From Cetorhinus maximus (Eukaryota): a stretch of DNA of 64,000 nt. The translations under genes were made by a program, and so were the position numbers. Each line of letters opens with the position of its first letter. The first letter of the stretch is position 1. The stretch spans positions 78,120,001 to 78,184,000 of the forward strand of contig NC_135893.1 of NCBI RefSeq assembly GCF_964194155.1, in the 5' to 3' direction. Shown here one piece after another: positions 24,301 to 36,352 of this stretch. Under the pieces are notes generated by a model that saw nothing but the letters and a program-made list of their open reading frames with translations, did not search any database and had not been told where the DNA came from.

Positions 24301-24834
24301 GCAGCAGTGCAGCACTGAGTGGCTTTGACCTGACCCCAGCTTCAAAACATCGGGATTCTTGGCCTGAAAGCTCTGATTTTTTTAAGCTGGTCTGTCAGGT
24401 CCGAAGTTCTGGCTGCTCAGCGTGGATTATGAGAACTCAGTTTAAAACAGGCTTGTCCAACCTGTTTGCTTGGGTCGGGGGGTGGACACATTTCCACTTT
24501 TTTCTCCCTCAAGTGTCCAATGAGCAAATATCAGGAAGATAAGATTCGGCACAACATTAAACTGAATTTCAAAATAAAAAATTGAGGTATTAAGAAAATG
24601 AATAATTGCTGAGCGAAAATAAAGCGATGTCACAGTGATAAGTTGTTAAGTTAAAAAAAGAGTAGCTAATAAAAAATGCCCAGAGGGTGAGAGGGTCAGT
24701 GTGTGCCAGGCTCACTCCCGGTCTCAGGGTGCTTACTCACGCACCCTCACTCACTGGGTGTGTCGATGTGTTGGTGTGTGGTGGTGAGGGTAAGTGGAAA
24801 CCTGAGACTGGGAGTAAGGCAGACACACAATCAA

Positions 24835-25355
24835 CTCTCACTCTCTTTCATTCCCCCCCCCTCCTCCACATGCACACACACACACACTCACTCACTCACC
24901 CTCTTACACACACACACATTCCCTCTCTCACTCACCATTCGCACATACACATACTCTCTCACTCACATGAACACTCACTTTCTCTCACTCCCACATGCAA
25001 ACTCACTCTCTCTCACTCACACACACACACACACACACACATTCTTGCTCACACACAAATGCACACACTCACTCCCTCACTCACTCTCTCAAATACACAA
25101 ACCCACGCTCTCATTCACACACACAGACACTCACTCTCACTCACACACACACTCACACACTCTCTCACTTCCACACAGATGCACTCTCTCAAACACACAA
25201 ACTCACTCACTCACACACACTCTGTCATTCACACACACACTCTCACTCACACATAAACTCACTCTCTCACTCACACATGCGCATTCTCTCTCACTCCCAC
25301 AAACACACACTCACTCTCTCATTCCCACACATAAGCTCACACACACTCACACTCA
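24835..25355. repeat. Compound (CA)n/(CT)n/CACT microsatellite
   Basis: Directly visible; produces spurious His/Thr/Ser/Leu-rich ORFs. Confidence 0.95.
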
Positions 25356-26624
25356 ATCTCCCACCTCTCTTTTACGCAGCTGTCAGCTTCTTTCCCTCTC
25401 CTCCCCACCCCACTCCCTGACCTGGGGCTCTGCAGTGTCTCATTCCCAGACCTCATAGCCAGCCTCTCCTCCCTGGGATCCTGGCACTCCGCAACCTGAG
25501 CCCTGGTTGGAGGTGCCGGAGTGGCATTCTGGTGCGCTCTGGCAGCACTATATCTCTGCCCACAAGTTAAAACATCCTTTCAGCATTCACCCTGTCAAGT
25601 CCCCTCAGGATCTTATATGTTTCAATAAGATCACTTCTCAGTCTTCTAAACTCCAATGGATACAGGTCCAGCCCATGTCCAACCTTTTCTCATAAGATAA
25701 CCCCCCCCACCCCAGCCCATCCCAGGTATCAGTCGAGTAAACATTCTGTGAACTGCTTCTAATGCATTTATATCCTTTCTTAAATAAGGAGGCCAAAACT
25801 GTACACAGTACTCTAGTTGTGGTCTCACCAACTGTCCAACTGTAGCAAAATATCCCAACTTTTATATTCCATTGCCCGTTCAATAAGCAACAACATTCCA
25901 TTTGCCTTCCTAATCACTTGCTGTACCTGCATACTAACCTTTTCCTGATTCACGTACCAGGACACAGAGATCCCTCTGTACCTCAGGGTTCTGCAATCTC
26001 TCCATTTAAATAATATACTGCTTTCCTGTTCTGGACAAGTTCACATTTTCCACATTATACTCCACCTGCCAAATCTTTGCCCACTCACCTAACCTATCCA
26101 CGTCCCTTTGCAGACTCCTTAAGTCCTCTTCACAACTTACTTTCCAACCTATCTTTGTGTCAGAGGGATATATGTTGGCCAGGACACCAGGGGGCACTCC
26201 CTTCCTCTTCCTCAAAACAGTGTCATGGGATCTCTTACATTCACCTGAGGGCGGAGGAGTTTTAAATATTCATCTGAAAACAGCATCTCCAACAATGCAG
26301 CACACCCTCAGTACTGCACTGGAGTGTCAACCTAGACTGGAAACTGTGTAAAACCCCTGGGGCTGTGTGTTTGCATGAAGTGAGTAATGTAAATATAACC
26401 TGTAGCTGTAAGTGCAGTAAGGCACCTCAGAGTGCCACATACTGTATTGAACTGTTTTGCACTTTATGTAATGTCCAATTTGAACTGTTTTGTAATGGAA
26501 TTTTACAAATCTTATGAATAAAGCATATTTTTGGAAAATTAAGTCAGTCTAGATCTTGTGCTTTGTGTATCAAGTCTGTGACCACTTCATGCATATATGT
26601 ATTTCTATTTTATTGAGATTCTAT

Positions 26625-26905
26625 CCTCCATAAATTTGAGGTCATCCAAAATTCTGTTTCCCATGTCCCAACTCACAGCAAGTCCAGTTCCCCTATAACC
26701 CTGTACTCGCTGACCCACTGGCTTCTGGTCAAGCAACCTGATTTTAAAATTTTCATCCTTGTTTTCAAATCTCGCCATGGCCTCGCCCCCCTCCCTATTT
26801 CTGAAACCCCCTCCAGTCCCACAACTCTCCAGGATATCTGTGCTCCACTAATTCTGGTCTCTTGTGCATTCCCGGATTCCAATTGCTCCGCCATTGGTGG
26901 CATTG
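26625..26905 (+). mobile_element. L2 LINE 3' fragment
   Basis: Degenerate IQNS...SPITPVLAD..HWL...DFKIFILVFKS.HGLAP. Confidence 0.75.
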
Positions 26906-27212
26906 GTTTTGAGAGGTGACAGGACTCCAGAATCTCCTTTCCCTTATGAGCAGATTGGAGTCTCACACCAATATCAGAGTAAAACCTAAAAGTAACAATA
27001 TCTAAATTCCTACTTTTAACATATTGACATCTGGAGTGAAAGTTAAGAGACGATTCTATAATATTTGTACTGACATCAATATTACCACTTCTTCATCACA
27101 AGGGTACATATAGGTGAATCCCCTGACATCCAACCCATCGAGGTGATTCTCCCTAGCAACCACAGTTCCCTATCACAGTGTTGTCCAACAGAAATGATTG
27201 ACTAGAAACACT

Positions 27213-27289
27213 GGCCGGAATTTTCCCGATGTGAATGGAGATTTCAAAGGCTTCTCGGCTCTAACCCGCCGTGGGGGAGAATTCTGGCC
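27213..27289. mobile_element. 77-bp Harbinger-type mini-MITE
   Basis: TIRs GGCCGGAATT / AATTCTGGCC; perfect 3-bp TSD ACT. Confidence 0.8.
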
Positions 27290-27921
27290 ACTGTGTTAGA
27301 CACATACACTAATCTTAGTCGAAATTTTTTCACACACAATACCAGCAAACGCACTTCGCATGCATATTCACTTAATTAACCACGGTGGTTCAGTGCAACT
27401 CTTTCACCAAGCATGCACTTACCAAACAAAAGACATCTTATTGCAGCAATGAGGCGGTATTTGACCTCAGACTGATTGCTGAGAATGTTGACTCACACAA
27501 GATGAGTCAGTCCACACCCTGCTCTCCATCCAGATAGAACATGGTTCAATGCTGTTTGCCTTTTACCATGACATACACTGTTCGAAGTGCTCATTATTAG
27601 CTTGCAGTCCTCCACTGGCCTGCAGCAGTTATTCTGATGGATGGAGCTGAGCTGGGTGACAGTTCCCCTTTCCGTTTCCATGGTGCTGAAATCCACCCGC
27701 GTGATGCATCACTTTCAAAGTCCCACCTCACGACTTCCCCCCCCACTGCCCCTCCAGAAGAATAACTACAAGAGTCAAAGAGGCACAAAAAAGATGGGGC
27801 CAGGCAAGAGAAAGTATGTGAGAGACCTTAAGCGGAGGCATAAGAGGGGCCAAAGCAGATGGAGGGAAATCGATAGAATCAGAATGTGGAACAAATAGGC
27901 AGTTACAAGAGAGACACTGAA

Positions 27922-27927
27922 TTTATT
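27922..27927 (-). terminator. Candidate distal polyadenylation signal of METRN
   Basis: AATAAA on minus at the end of the AT-rich TE-free block, followed by pyrimidine/GT-rich sequence. Confidence 0.5.
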
Positions 27928-29193
27928 ATTTGTCCGCGAACTCCTCAAGCAATCAACTACCCCTGTAGTCCAGTTTAATATTTAGCATGTGTCCCACAAT
28001 ATTCCTTTCATATTTTACATTAAAAATGATGTTTCACACGTTAACCGTGAATCTGTTAATATTCTCTATACAATGTGGTTAAAAACATTGGCATTTACAT
28101 GAACTACTTCATAAGGATTAATGTCTTCTTTTATACCAAAATGTCCTCTTATTTGAGTCACTATCATTTTTTATTCCCAGCCAGAATCTTAGAACAGAAA
28201 GTGGCCATTCTGTCCGCCGTAGTGTGACACAAATAATTCAAATAGACACTATTGCAAATGACAATTTGTTGCAGATTTTAATAAACTTTTCAGATGTAAA
28301 ATCAAAACAATTTTTTTTAAACAGATACATTCTTAAGAACAAAACTACAGCCCATATTTATACATAGAGACACAGAAAGTCTCAATTTTTCCAGCCATTG
28401 AATTTAGGAGTTTCTTTTAGCATAAATATTTACACTATGTACACTCAAGCTAGCTGCAGACACACAAACATAACTAAGGCCACTGAGAATGGCAATATAG
28501 TAAATATTTTACATGAGTAGAGTTGGCAGCACCATGTTTCTACAATACAATGGTATGGTAAGCCAAGGAAAGTACTAAGAAATAACAAAAGCACAGTAAA
28601 GATATTGGTCCATTTTCATCACTCTTTCCATGTTTAGTTCATAATAGTGTTTTGACAAATATGACACCTTAAATCCCTTTCAAATTAAATAGTCAGATTT
28701 TAAGTATGGTGGTATTTGTATTTTAACATTACAGGTTGGTTGTGGTGGCCATCTTGTAAACTCCAGAAATTTACACAATCCCCTAGTCTGTTCATATTTT
28801 TTACTTCAAATACTGAATACAGAGCTCAGTCTTTCCCTGTTTCCACAATAAAGAAGTGCATTCCCCCCCTTCCCTCCATTGCCAAACACTCTTCGTTTTC
28901 CACAAGAAGTGCCCTGGTGTCCGGTTTACTAAGGGCACATTTTTATCAATGTTGAAAGTGGCTGATGCTACAATTACTATTCTGATCACAAAGAGAATGT
29001 GCAGACAAGAGTACAGCTTTCTGATCATAAAGAAGGCAATAAACTCCAGAGCCTTGAATGGGATGAATGGTGAACCTATGGTTCAAGAGTTGAGGTTACA
29101 TGGTGCTAAGGGAGCATGTGAATAGATTTCTGGGGTTAACGGGAACATTAAATGGAAAGAGATAAAACTACCAATGCTACACACAATGTTATT

Positions 29194-29199
29194 TTTATT
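29194..29199 (-). terminator. Candidate proximal polyadenylation signal of METRN
   Basis: AATAAA followed by TTGTGTGT and GTTTT on minus, about 840 nt after the stop codon. Confidence 0.45.
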
Positions 29200-30039
29200 A
29201 CCAATACTGATGCTTTCAGTATTTAAACTGATATGTTTAACTGACTGAGACTCCAATTTTGTAGACTGTGGTCCCCTCCTTCTAAAGTTGCACCAAATAA
29301 AATTATAAATATAACAAAAATATACAAAGTAAACATTCTCTTATTAAAACAGGGAACATTTATCTGGTTTTGAGTTTCACCTCAGCCGGATGATCAGAAA
29401 TATTCGTTTGCACTGGTCATGTGCTAAAACTTCAGTCATTAATCCTGCAGGTCAATAACCCCTCTGTTACCAGTTGTTAGTTTTGGTTAAAGATCTTCAT
29501 AAGCACCTATGTAATCATGCAGCCTGTACACTTTACATTATGTGTGGAATGTCCCATCAGGATGCTGAATCAGTCGCACAAATTTGTTTTTAAAACTAAT
29601 TTTACTCTGGAGTACTCCATTGTCCCCTTGTTAAAAGGGAATTGTTCAGATATGACATTTTTTACAAATTTATTCATCAACTAAAATGGTCCTTCACAAA
29701 GTGTAACTGAGTGCACGTTCTCAATTGTTCATGTTGTACAATAAATCAGTCCCCATCCTCTCTAAGGGGCCTTCACATATGAGGCTGCCTGTGCAATAAC
29801 AATTGTTCTCATTGGGCAATAAATCAATCCCACAGTTCCTTTCTCAATGTCCTCTGCACAGTGAGGTTACCAGCACAGCCACAGTTGTTCCCACTGGACA
29901 AAGAATCAACCCTGCCCAAAACCTTTTCTTCAGGGATTCTTTCACAATGTGATTCCGAATGTACCGTGGCAGCGGAGCGGCATATGTTTTACAGTCCTTT
30001 TCTGCCAATTAAAAAAGCAGCAAAGTTTGTTAAGCAGCA

Positions 30040-30356
30040 TCAATCTGACTCAATCTCGCACTGATTCTCATGTGCTTCTTTGGCCACTTCATAGATCCTC
30101 TTAAAGTCTTTGTAGCGAGGCGCGCACCCGAGCCATGCCTCTCCAAAGTGGACATGGCCAGTGAAAATGAAGCTCCCGACTCCTTGCTTCACACCACACT
30201 TTAAGAATGTCCTGACTTCCCCGAAAGATTTTCCGTATTTTCCTATCGGGTGAAAGAGGGTGTACTTCTGTCTATAAATTTTGGTGGTGCTCACACTAAC
30301 AATGGACTCCTGCCGCTCTGCATCATGGACCACGGTTCGAATGTGACCTCGCACAA
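30040..30356 (-). CDS. METRN: Meteorin, last coding exon
   Basis: Acceptor TTTTTCTCTTTGCTTTTCCAG; phase-1 junction; VVRGHI...RQKYTLF...CGVKQGVGSFIFTGHVHFGEAWLGCAPRYKDF...CEIESD then TGA. Family assignment is firm; METRN rather than METRNL rests on recalled diagnostic residues. Confidence 0.88.
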
Positions 30357-31221
30357 CTGGAAAAGCAAAGAGAAAAACATCTTAGCATCTTGTGAGCAAC
30401 ACTGAATAGCGAGACAGACCTGCAAACCATTCCTTTAAAGGGAGACTGAACGGGGTAGATCTTGGGCTTTGTGGGATTGTAAAATAGTCAAGTGAGTCAG
30501 CAGTCTGTTTAACATCTCTTCCAATTAATCCCAAGGGAAATAAAAACCGCTTGAATCTATTGCACAAAGTCAAGATCTACCCCGATCATTTTTGGTTACA
30601 AAAGGACACCATTTTAAAAAAAATCTCCCTCTTAAAAATGAAGAACACCAATGTGTTTATGATCTCAACTTTTTTGTACCATGTCATTCATGTCACACCT
30701 AAATGCCGAAGCCAGCATCTGACTTGCAAAATGAGTGTAAAAATCTTGTGCATGTTTTAAGATACAATATTTTGACGTGAATCAGTACTTTAGGCAGTGA
30801 ATCCAGGAAAATTTGACAGAACCATAAGCTCCCCAGATATCTCATACCTCCTGGCTGTGAACACAATAGTTAAACTGCTTTGAAATAAGCCAGAGTGCCA
30901 TTAGTATATTTAAGGACTGAGCCTTCAGGAGATGCTTCGAAAGATTGTATTTCTTCCTCCCTTTGTACATTCATTTTTTTACTCTCTTCCCCAGCTCCTG
31001 GAGCACCGTCACTTTGCTGACACATGAAGGTTAAGTCCAGAATCTGGCACTCCCAGACTCATAGGGTTTTGTCCCTGAATCCTTGGCTATCAATCTCTCT
31101 CTCTCTGGTAACTAATCTAAGTGGCCATTACTCAAATCTCAATTTGGACTGAGATGGGGAGACAGCAGTTGAACTCAATCCTGTCGTCTTATTCCAACAG
31201 AAGTCAAAGAAAAGCAGGATC

Positions 31222-32356
31222 CCTCCTGGCGGCTTGATGGCCACATGTGGGCAGTCGATTGCACTCTGGACACGGGGGAACCCAGCAATCGTTGCAAAGC
31301 CTCTGGCTCGCTCAGCCTGGCTGGCCTCGTCTGTGTGGTAGTGAATGAAAGTTAATACCCACCTGAACAGAGCTTCTGTCACCAGCTTGATGCAACTGTG
31401 GACAGCTGATTGGGAGACTCCACAGAGATCCCCCACTGAGCCCTGGAAAGAGCCGGAGGCATAGAAGTTGAGGGCCACTGTGACCTTCAGAGCCACTGGC
31501 ATGGGCTGTCCACCCACACCATCAGAGCTGATCACAGGGCCGATCCTCTGACAAATGGAGGTCACTTTCCCCCTAGAGAGGTGGAAGCTCCTTTGGCATT
31601 GCTCCTCGGACATAGAGGTAGCTGCATTGCCGCCTGTAAACACTGGCAGCAGCATAGTGGCGTCTTCTGCGGCCCCTTCCGCCATGGACTTCCTGTTGGC
31701 CCTGTGCCCCTTTGTGTCTGTGCCTCTCCTCCCAAAGGTCCCTCCCCTGGAGGCTGAATAGGGACACCTGGACTCCTCTCCCTTCTGCCCCTCTCTTCCT
31801 CCTCAGGGGAGGTGCCTCCATTGGAGACCACAATCCCCATAACCAGGGTAAGGGAAGGTTACCTGATACCTGGAAGGCCCTAAGTGGTATGAATCCTCCG
31901 GAGGTCTGGAAAACAACACTGAGTCCTGAACTGAAGCCTCTTATTTCTGTCAATGCAGCTCTGAAGTGAAATGAAGATGTCCTGTTCACACAAGCAACCA
32001 GCAGCAAGTTATATCCTAAACTACAAACTACTCGCATTTACAAACCCCTTGACCCCTCTTATCCCACCTGTGGATGAGGTTTTTGAAATTGTGGCCTGCC
32101 CGTCTGTCCATTTAGCCCATGCGATGGCCTGAATATCACACGGTCTACGTAAAGTCAGAGACAATTGGTGTCTCAAGGGCCTTAACTGGCCTCTTAATTA
32201 GTGGCGGGCGCGCCTCCATCTTCATCGCACACCCACCGACCGAAATATCGCAAGAGTGCGCGCTGACGTTGGCATGCTTGGCCAACATCAATGTGTTTTA
32301 TTTCACACTCAGGCATGCTGGGCACGCGGCTGCACACCAAGTTAAAAATTCTGGCC
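31222..32356 (-). mobile_element. Harbinger element 5' portion: TIR, MITE-like subterminal region and N-terminal transposase pseudogene (31222-31840)
   Basis: TIR GGCCAGAATTTT ending at 32356; PVALKVTVALNFYASGSFQGSVGDLCGVSQ...AGFPRVQSAIDCPHVAIK. Confidence 0.9.
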
Positions 32357-33155
32357 AAGATGTACAATCAGGGTTCAGATGGTTTAAGCGCCATTGTTAA
32401 ATGTGATTTTATCTGGCGAGGGTCCTATTCTGTATGGTATAGTGGAGAAACGTCATTCCTTTCAGTTTCCAAACACTGAAAAGTCAACTGTACAATATAG
32501 AAAGGATCAATGGGTGCCATCCCAACCAATGACAGGAAGATACCCCCAAAACGTGCCTGTTTCAGTGGGTCCCTGCTGTAACTGCAGGCAAAAACTGCGA
32601 GAACAGTCAGAATCAGAATCAATTACATGGGAGTCTCCAGTGGCCTTGTTATTTGGGGGGAAATGTCTTTGCCTACCACAAACAAGGCCACCAATGTAGA
32701 GGGGATGCTTCCTCAACTCAATGGAACTCGCTATATGGTTAGAGGCCAGTATACCAACAGACAACACACCAAGCGGTCCAGGCTACCAACGAGGCTGGCA
32801 ATCAAGAGAAAGATTATTTTAATTTTTCCTAGTCCAACCCCTGACAAAAGAGGCAGCTTCAGCCATGATCTACTACTTTCTGGGAGGAAACATGACATGC
32901 ATTCCCATCTAGTCAGGCGCACACCTAGTCCCCTCCCCATGACTCAGTTGGTAAATGAATGTTACATTTGCGATTGCAGCCAGATTATGAAATTATGCAA
33001 CAGCTCAGAGCATTATCATGAGGCATCATATATCTTGTTTACATTTAATCCTTGGAATGGGAAATGTTTTAACATGTACGCTTGTGAACCAAGACATTTG
33101 GAAACTGAGTTCAATTCTATCAATTGGCGTAGCAACCAAGTCCTTAAAAACATTA

Positions 33156-33284
33156 GAAGAGTCATACGGACTCGAAACGTTAACTCTGTTTCTCTCTCCA
33201 CAGATGCCGCCAGATCTGCTGAGTTTTTCCAGCATTTTCTGTTTTTATTTCAGATTCCCGGCATCTGCAGTATTTTGCTTTTAT
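33156..33284 (+). mobile_element. Penelope pseudo-LTR 3' fragment starting inside the hammerhead core
   Basis: GAAGAGTCATACGGACTCGAAACGTTAACT...GTATTTTGCTTTTAT matches 10548-10674. Confidence 0.9.
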
Positions 33285-35859
33285 CTTGGAAAACAGGAGT
33301 TCCTGTCATTTAGTCACTTAGTAAATGCCTGACTGGTTTAGGTAATTAGCCATCAACTTTTTTTTGCTTTGAGAGAATGTACCGTTAAATAAAAGCAATA
33401 AGAAAAATGGTAGGAAATGCCATTAAACTCTGGTAAAAGCTGTCTTGAGGAGTTTATTCTGTTTATGGGGAGTTTATGGGGTGAAATGGTTATTATGGTC
33501 TGTGCCAAGTCTTCTACTCGAACTGAACACTTTTATCAGTCAGGTTGACACTGGACCACACAGCCTCAGATTAATGATAATCTTCTGCACTGCTAATATA
33601 TTTAAACAGGATATTTATTCTAGATAAAGATGGATTTGCACTATGTGCATGTCTACTATGAAAACTGAAGAAATCATTACTCATTATGCAAGCTACAATA
33701 ATCTATACTTAAAAACTAGCATTAAAATGAATGGAAAATCATTCACTTAAATGGTACAGCAATGATTCCTTGCAATTCTCCACAGCAGTCTTCCCTAGAG
33801 ATTTAATGGCTTTCCCCCGCTGCCCAATTTTTCTTCCCTCTTTGTTCACCCCTTTTTCAATGAAAGAGCTGGCATCATGCTGGTCCCATTGGCACCAATG
33901 GCCTTTCTGTACATCTCTATAAAGTGTGAACCTGGCCAATGAACATCAGTTGCCTATGTGATCATATAGGGTATCACAGCATAACCCATGCCTGACCTTG
34001 TTCAATGCACAGACACATGCATTATAATCATTAGCAGGAACACTGATTAATTTCTTTCCTTGCTCTCTAGCCTGGGATATTGAGGCCAACTGTACTACCT
34101 CCGCACTATCACCATCCAAAGTGAAAGCATTCTAGCACAGAGCAGGAATCAAACCTGGGACTTTGCTGATCTGTGCAGCTCAGTTAGACAATATCAGTGA
34201 GTTCATGAACTCACTGAATAAGTAGGAGAACCCATATCGCTTTAATAATTTCAAATAAAAACACTAACAGAATTTGGCAAAGCATTTGGCAAAGCCTACG
34301 ACAATCAGATTTATAATATTGGGACAGTAGCTGTTAGATATGGATGTACATCACAAAGTTATGATCAACAAATGGAGCAGGACGCGTATAATTGGGAGGT
34401 AAAGGCTAGAGACGCCTTTTCATCAGCATACTAATGTTACAATTTCAACAAATCTAACGTAGATTTGTGCATCTTCCAGCAAATTTGTAAACACATCCAA
34501 ATCTTTGGATGTATAATTATGTAATTATGATAATGAAATAGCTCAACTTATGAATCTGATAAAATAAAATGGCTGCCAGTTAGCACAACATAACAGCCAT
34601 TGCTTTCATCAACTTATTTTAGAATATGACGCTGTAATCATACCAACATAATCTTGATTTTTGATGCTTTTAAGATTCATAACAAAGAGGGTTTGCAGAT
34701 TTGATCTTTGTACACCATTGTGTTGCCATGGTAATCAATCTGAATCCTATCAAAGTCCAAACTGGCAAAAGGTCAGGAAAATTAGCTAACCAATCCAAAT
34801 GTTATTCCGCTAAACCCTACAGTAGCATTTTTCCATTAAATCCATATTATGACTAAGTGATATTGGACATAACCTCTATTTCTCCTCATAGGTCACATAG
34901 GATTAATTATGTTTCCCAATCACAAACTCCACAACAGACTGTCATGGCTTAAGCTAGTGTGCAGAAACCATGGTGACAAGCCCCTTCATTTTCTTTTACA
35001 AAATTGCTTAAGGCATGGTGCAATTGAGGAGCAGGCATGTCAGCTTTTAAAAAAAAATACATAGCTCTGCAAAGAATTGGCTTCTATTTTCTACCATGCT
35101 TTTTAAAATTACAATTAAATTACTGTCAAAATGATGTAATATGCTTTTGTTTCTTCTCTTATGGGCACATAACACCAGCGAACTACCACATGCATTGCTA
35201 CTGCAGAACAAAAGTAGAGTGGGACGGGGTGGGGGTGGTGGAATGGCAACCATATGCCCTTTAACCTGACATACATTTAAAGCCTGCAAATCATGGTATT
35301 ATCCAACCGTGCAAGGATAAATTGCTCACTGGCCATTTACTTTCAGTAGACCATGAGTGCTTAAAGCAGAGCAGCAGAAGTTTGAGCTCACTAATTACAC
35401 TTAGCGCTGAATGTTTAGGCCACTAATTTACTAGGGTGTAGCTCACAGTGCAAGCTATCATTAACCCATCCACAGCCAGCAGCTGACTTTTCACTAATAC
35501 ACCTATGTTGTACAGAGTTTTTAAGTATTTAGTATTAGTAATGCAAGTGTTTCTGTTGCATTTAACAACTTTCGATCTCAACCACTGCTCTCACTTTCTC
35601 GGACAACAGATGCTGTTAATGGAGGCTGGCTGCACCAGAGCCACTGGTAGTGGAGATGGTGTGGGATGGGATCCTCTATCCATACAGAGCTTTCCATCAT
35701 CCCCAGGCACTCTGTCCACCATATTCCAAGGCCACTGGAGCCTTATGCTTTTTGCCAGATTTTCCATGCTTTGCTGTCCCTCTGCTTGAACCATTTACAG
35801 CTCCTCCAAGTCCATCTTTGTTACTTTGCTTGTCCCATTGCCACCATCTGCTTGTTCTC

Positions 35860-36080
35860 AAAATAGCACCTTGGGATCTTTTACTTCCACTGAAGAGGGC
35901 AGACGGGGGCCTTGATTTGCCTTCGCATCAGATTGACAGCACCTCCAACAGTGCAGCACTCCTTCAGCACTGCATGGGGATGTCAGCCTAGCTTTGTGCT
36001 CAAGTCTTTGGAATGTAATTTGAATTCACAACTATCTGACTCAGGAGAGGGAGTACTATCAACTGAACCACTAAAAGCTG
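35860..36080 (-). mobile_element. Deu-domain-type SINE 5' part
   Basis: Similar to 26210-26337 and 44558-44710; degenerate tRNA-like head at the right end. Confidence 0.65.
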
Positions 36081-36352
36081 GCATTGCAACAAATGCCTAC
36101 AGTGTAAAACTTTAACAATACATTTTATTGTAATGTTACTTTAGACTTGAACTTTTAAAATTTGTAACAGGAAACAAGATTAGTGACACAATTATGTAAT
36201 TGAGCCACATGATCATGTCATTTTACACTCCTTTGTTTGTAAACCCAGGTGTCAATGACCCCTCTTAAAGATTGGCATTGTGCTGCCCCAGTGATTTGTT
36301 CATAATACAATTGTACTCTTCATAAAAATAATCCGATTGAAAGTTTTTGCTG

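Larger units (their letters stand above)
23737..25558. mobile_element. Non-autonomous hAT transposon (1822 bp)
   Basis: Perfect 8-bp TSD CCCACAAG (23729-23736 and 25559-25566); imperfect TIRs TAGGGGTGTAGTGC / GCACTATATCTCTG; CR1 sequence resumes exactly after it. Confidence 0.85.
23415..26160 (-). mobile_element. CR1 3' fragment split by a hAT insertion
   Basis: [23 protein letters not shown]; 3' tail homologous to 9609-9930. Confidence 0.85.
23235..26337 (-). mobile_element. Deu-domain-type SINE with L2-like tail, split by CR1 (23235-23412 and 26162-26337)
   Basis: Tail GCTATATAAATGCAA; the two halves rejoin as GATGTTGGCTGAG/GGATATATGTTGGCCAGGACACC; similar to 35860-36080 and 44558-44710. 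Confidence 0.7.

Noticed and set aside
23878-24318. Proline-rich ORF
   Set aside because: C-rich low-complexity tract plus a Penelope fragment inside a hAT element.
24687-25458. Three overlapping His/Thr-rich ORFs (141-251 aa)
   Set aside because: Translations of a CA/CT microsatellite that cannot form stop codons.
32627-33313. 228-aa ORF on +
   Set aside because: No recognisable domain; it runs into a Penelope fragment and lies antisense in a METRN intron.
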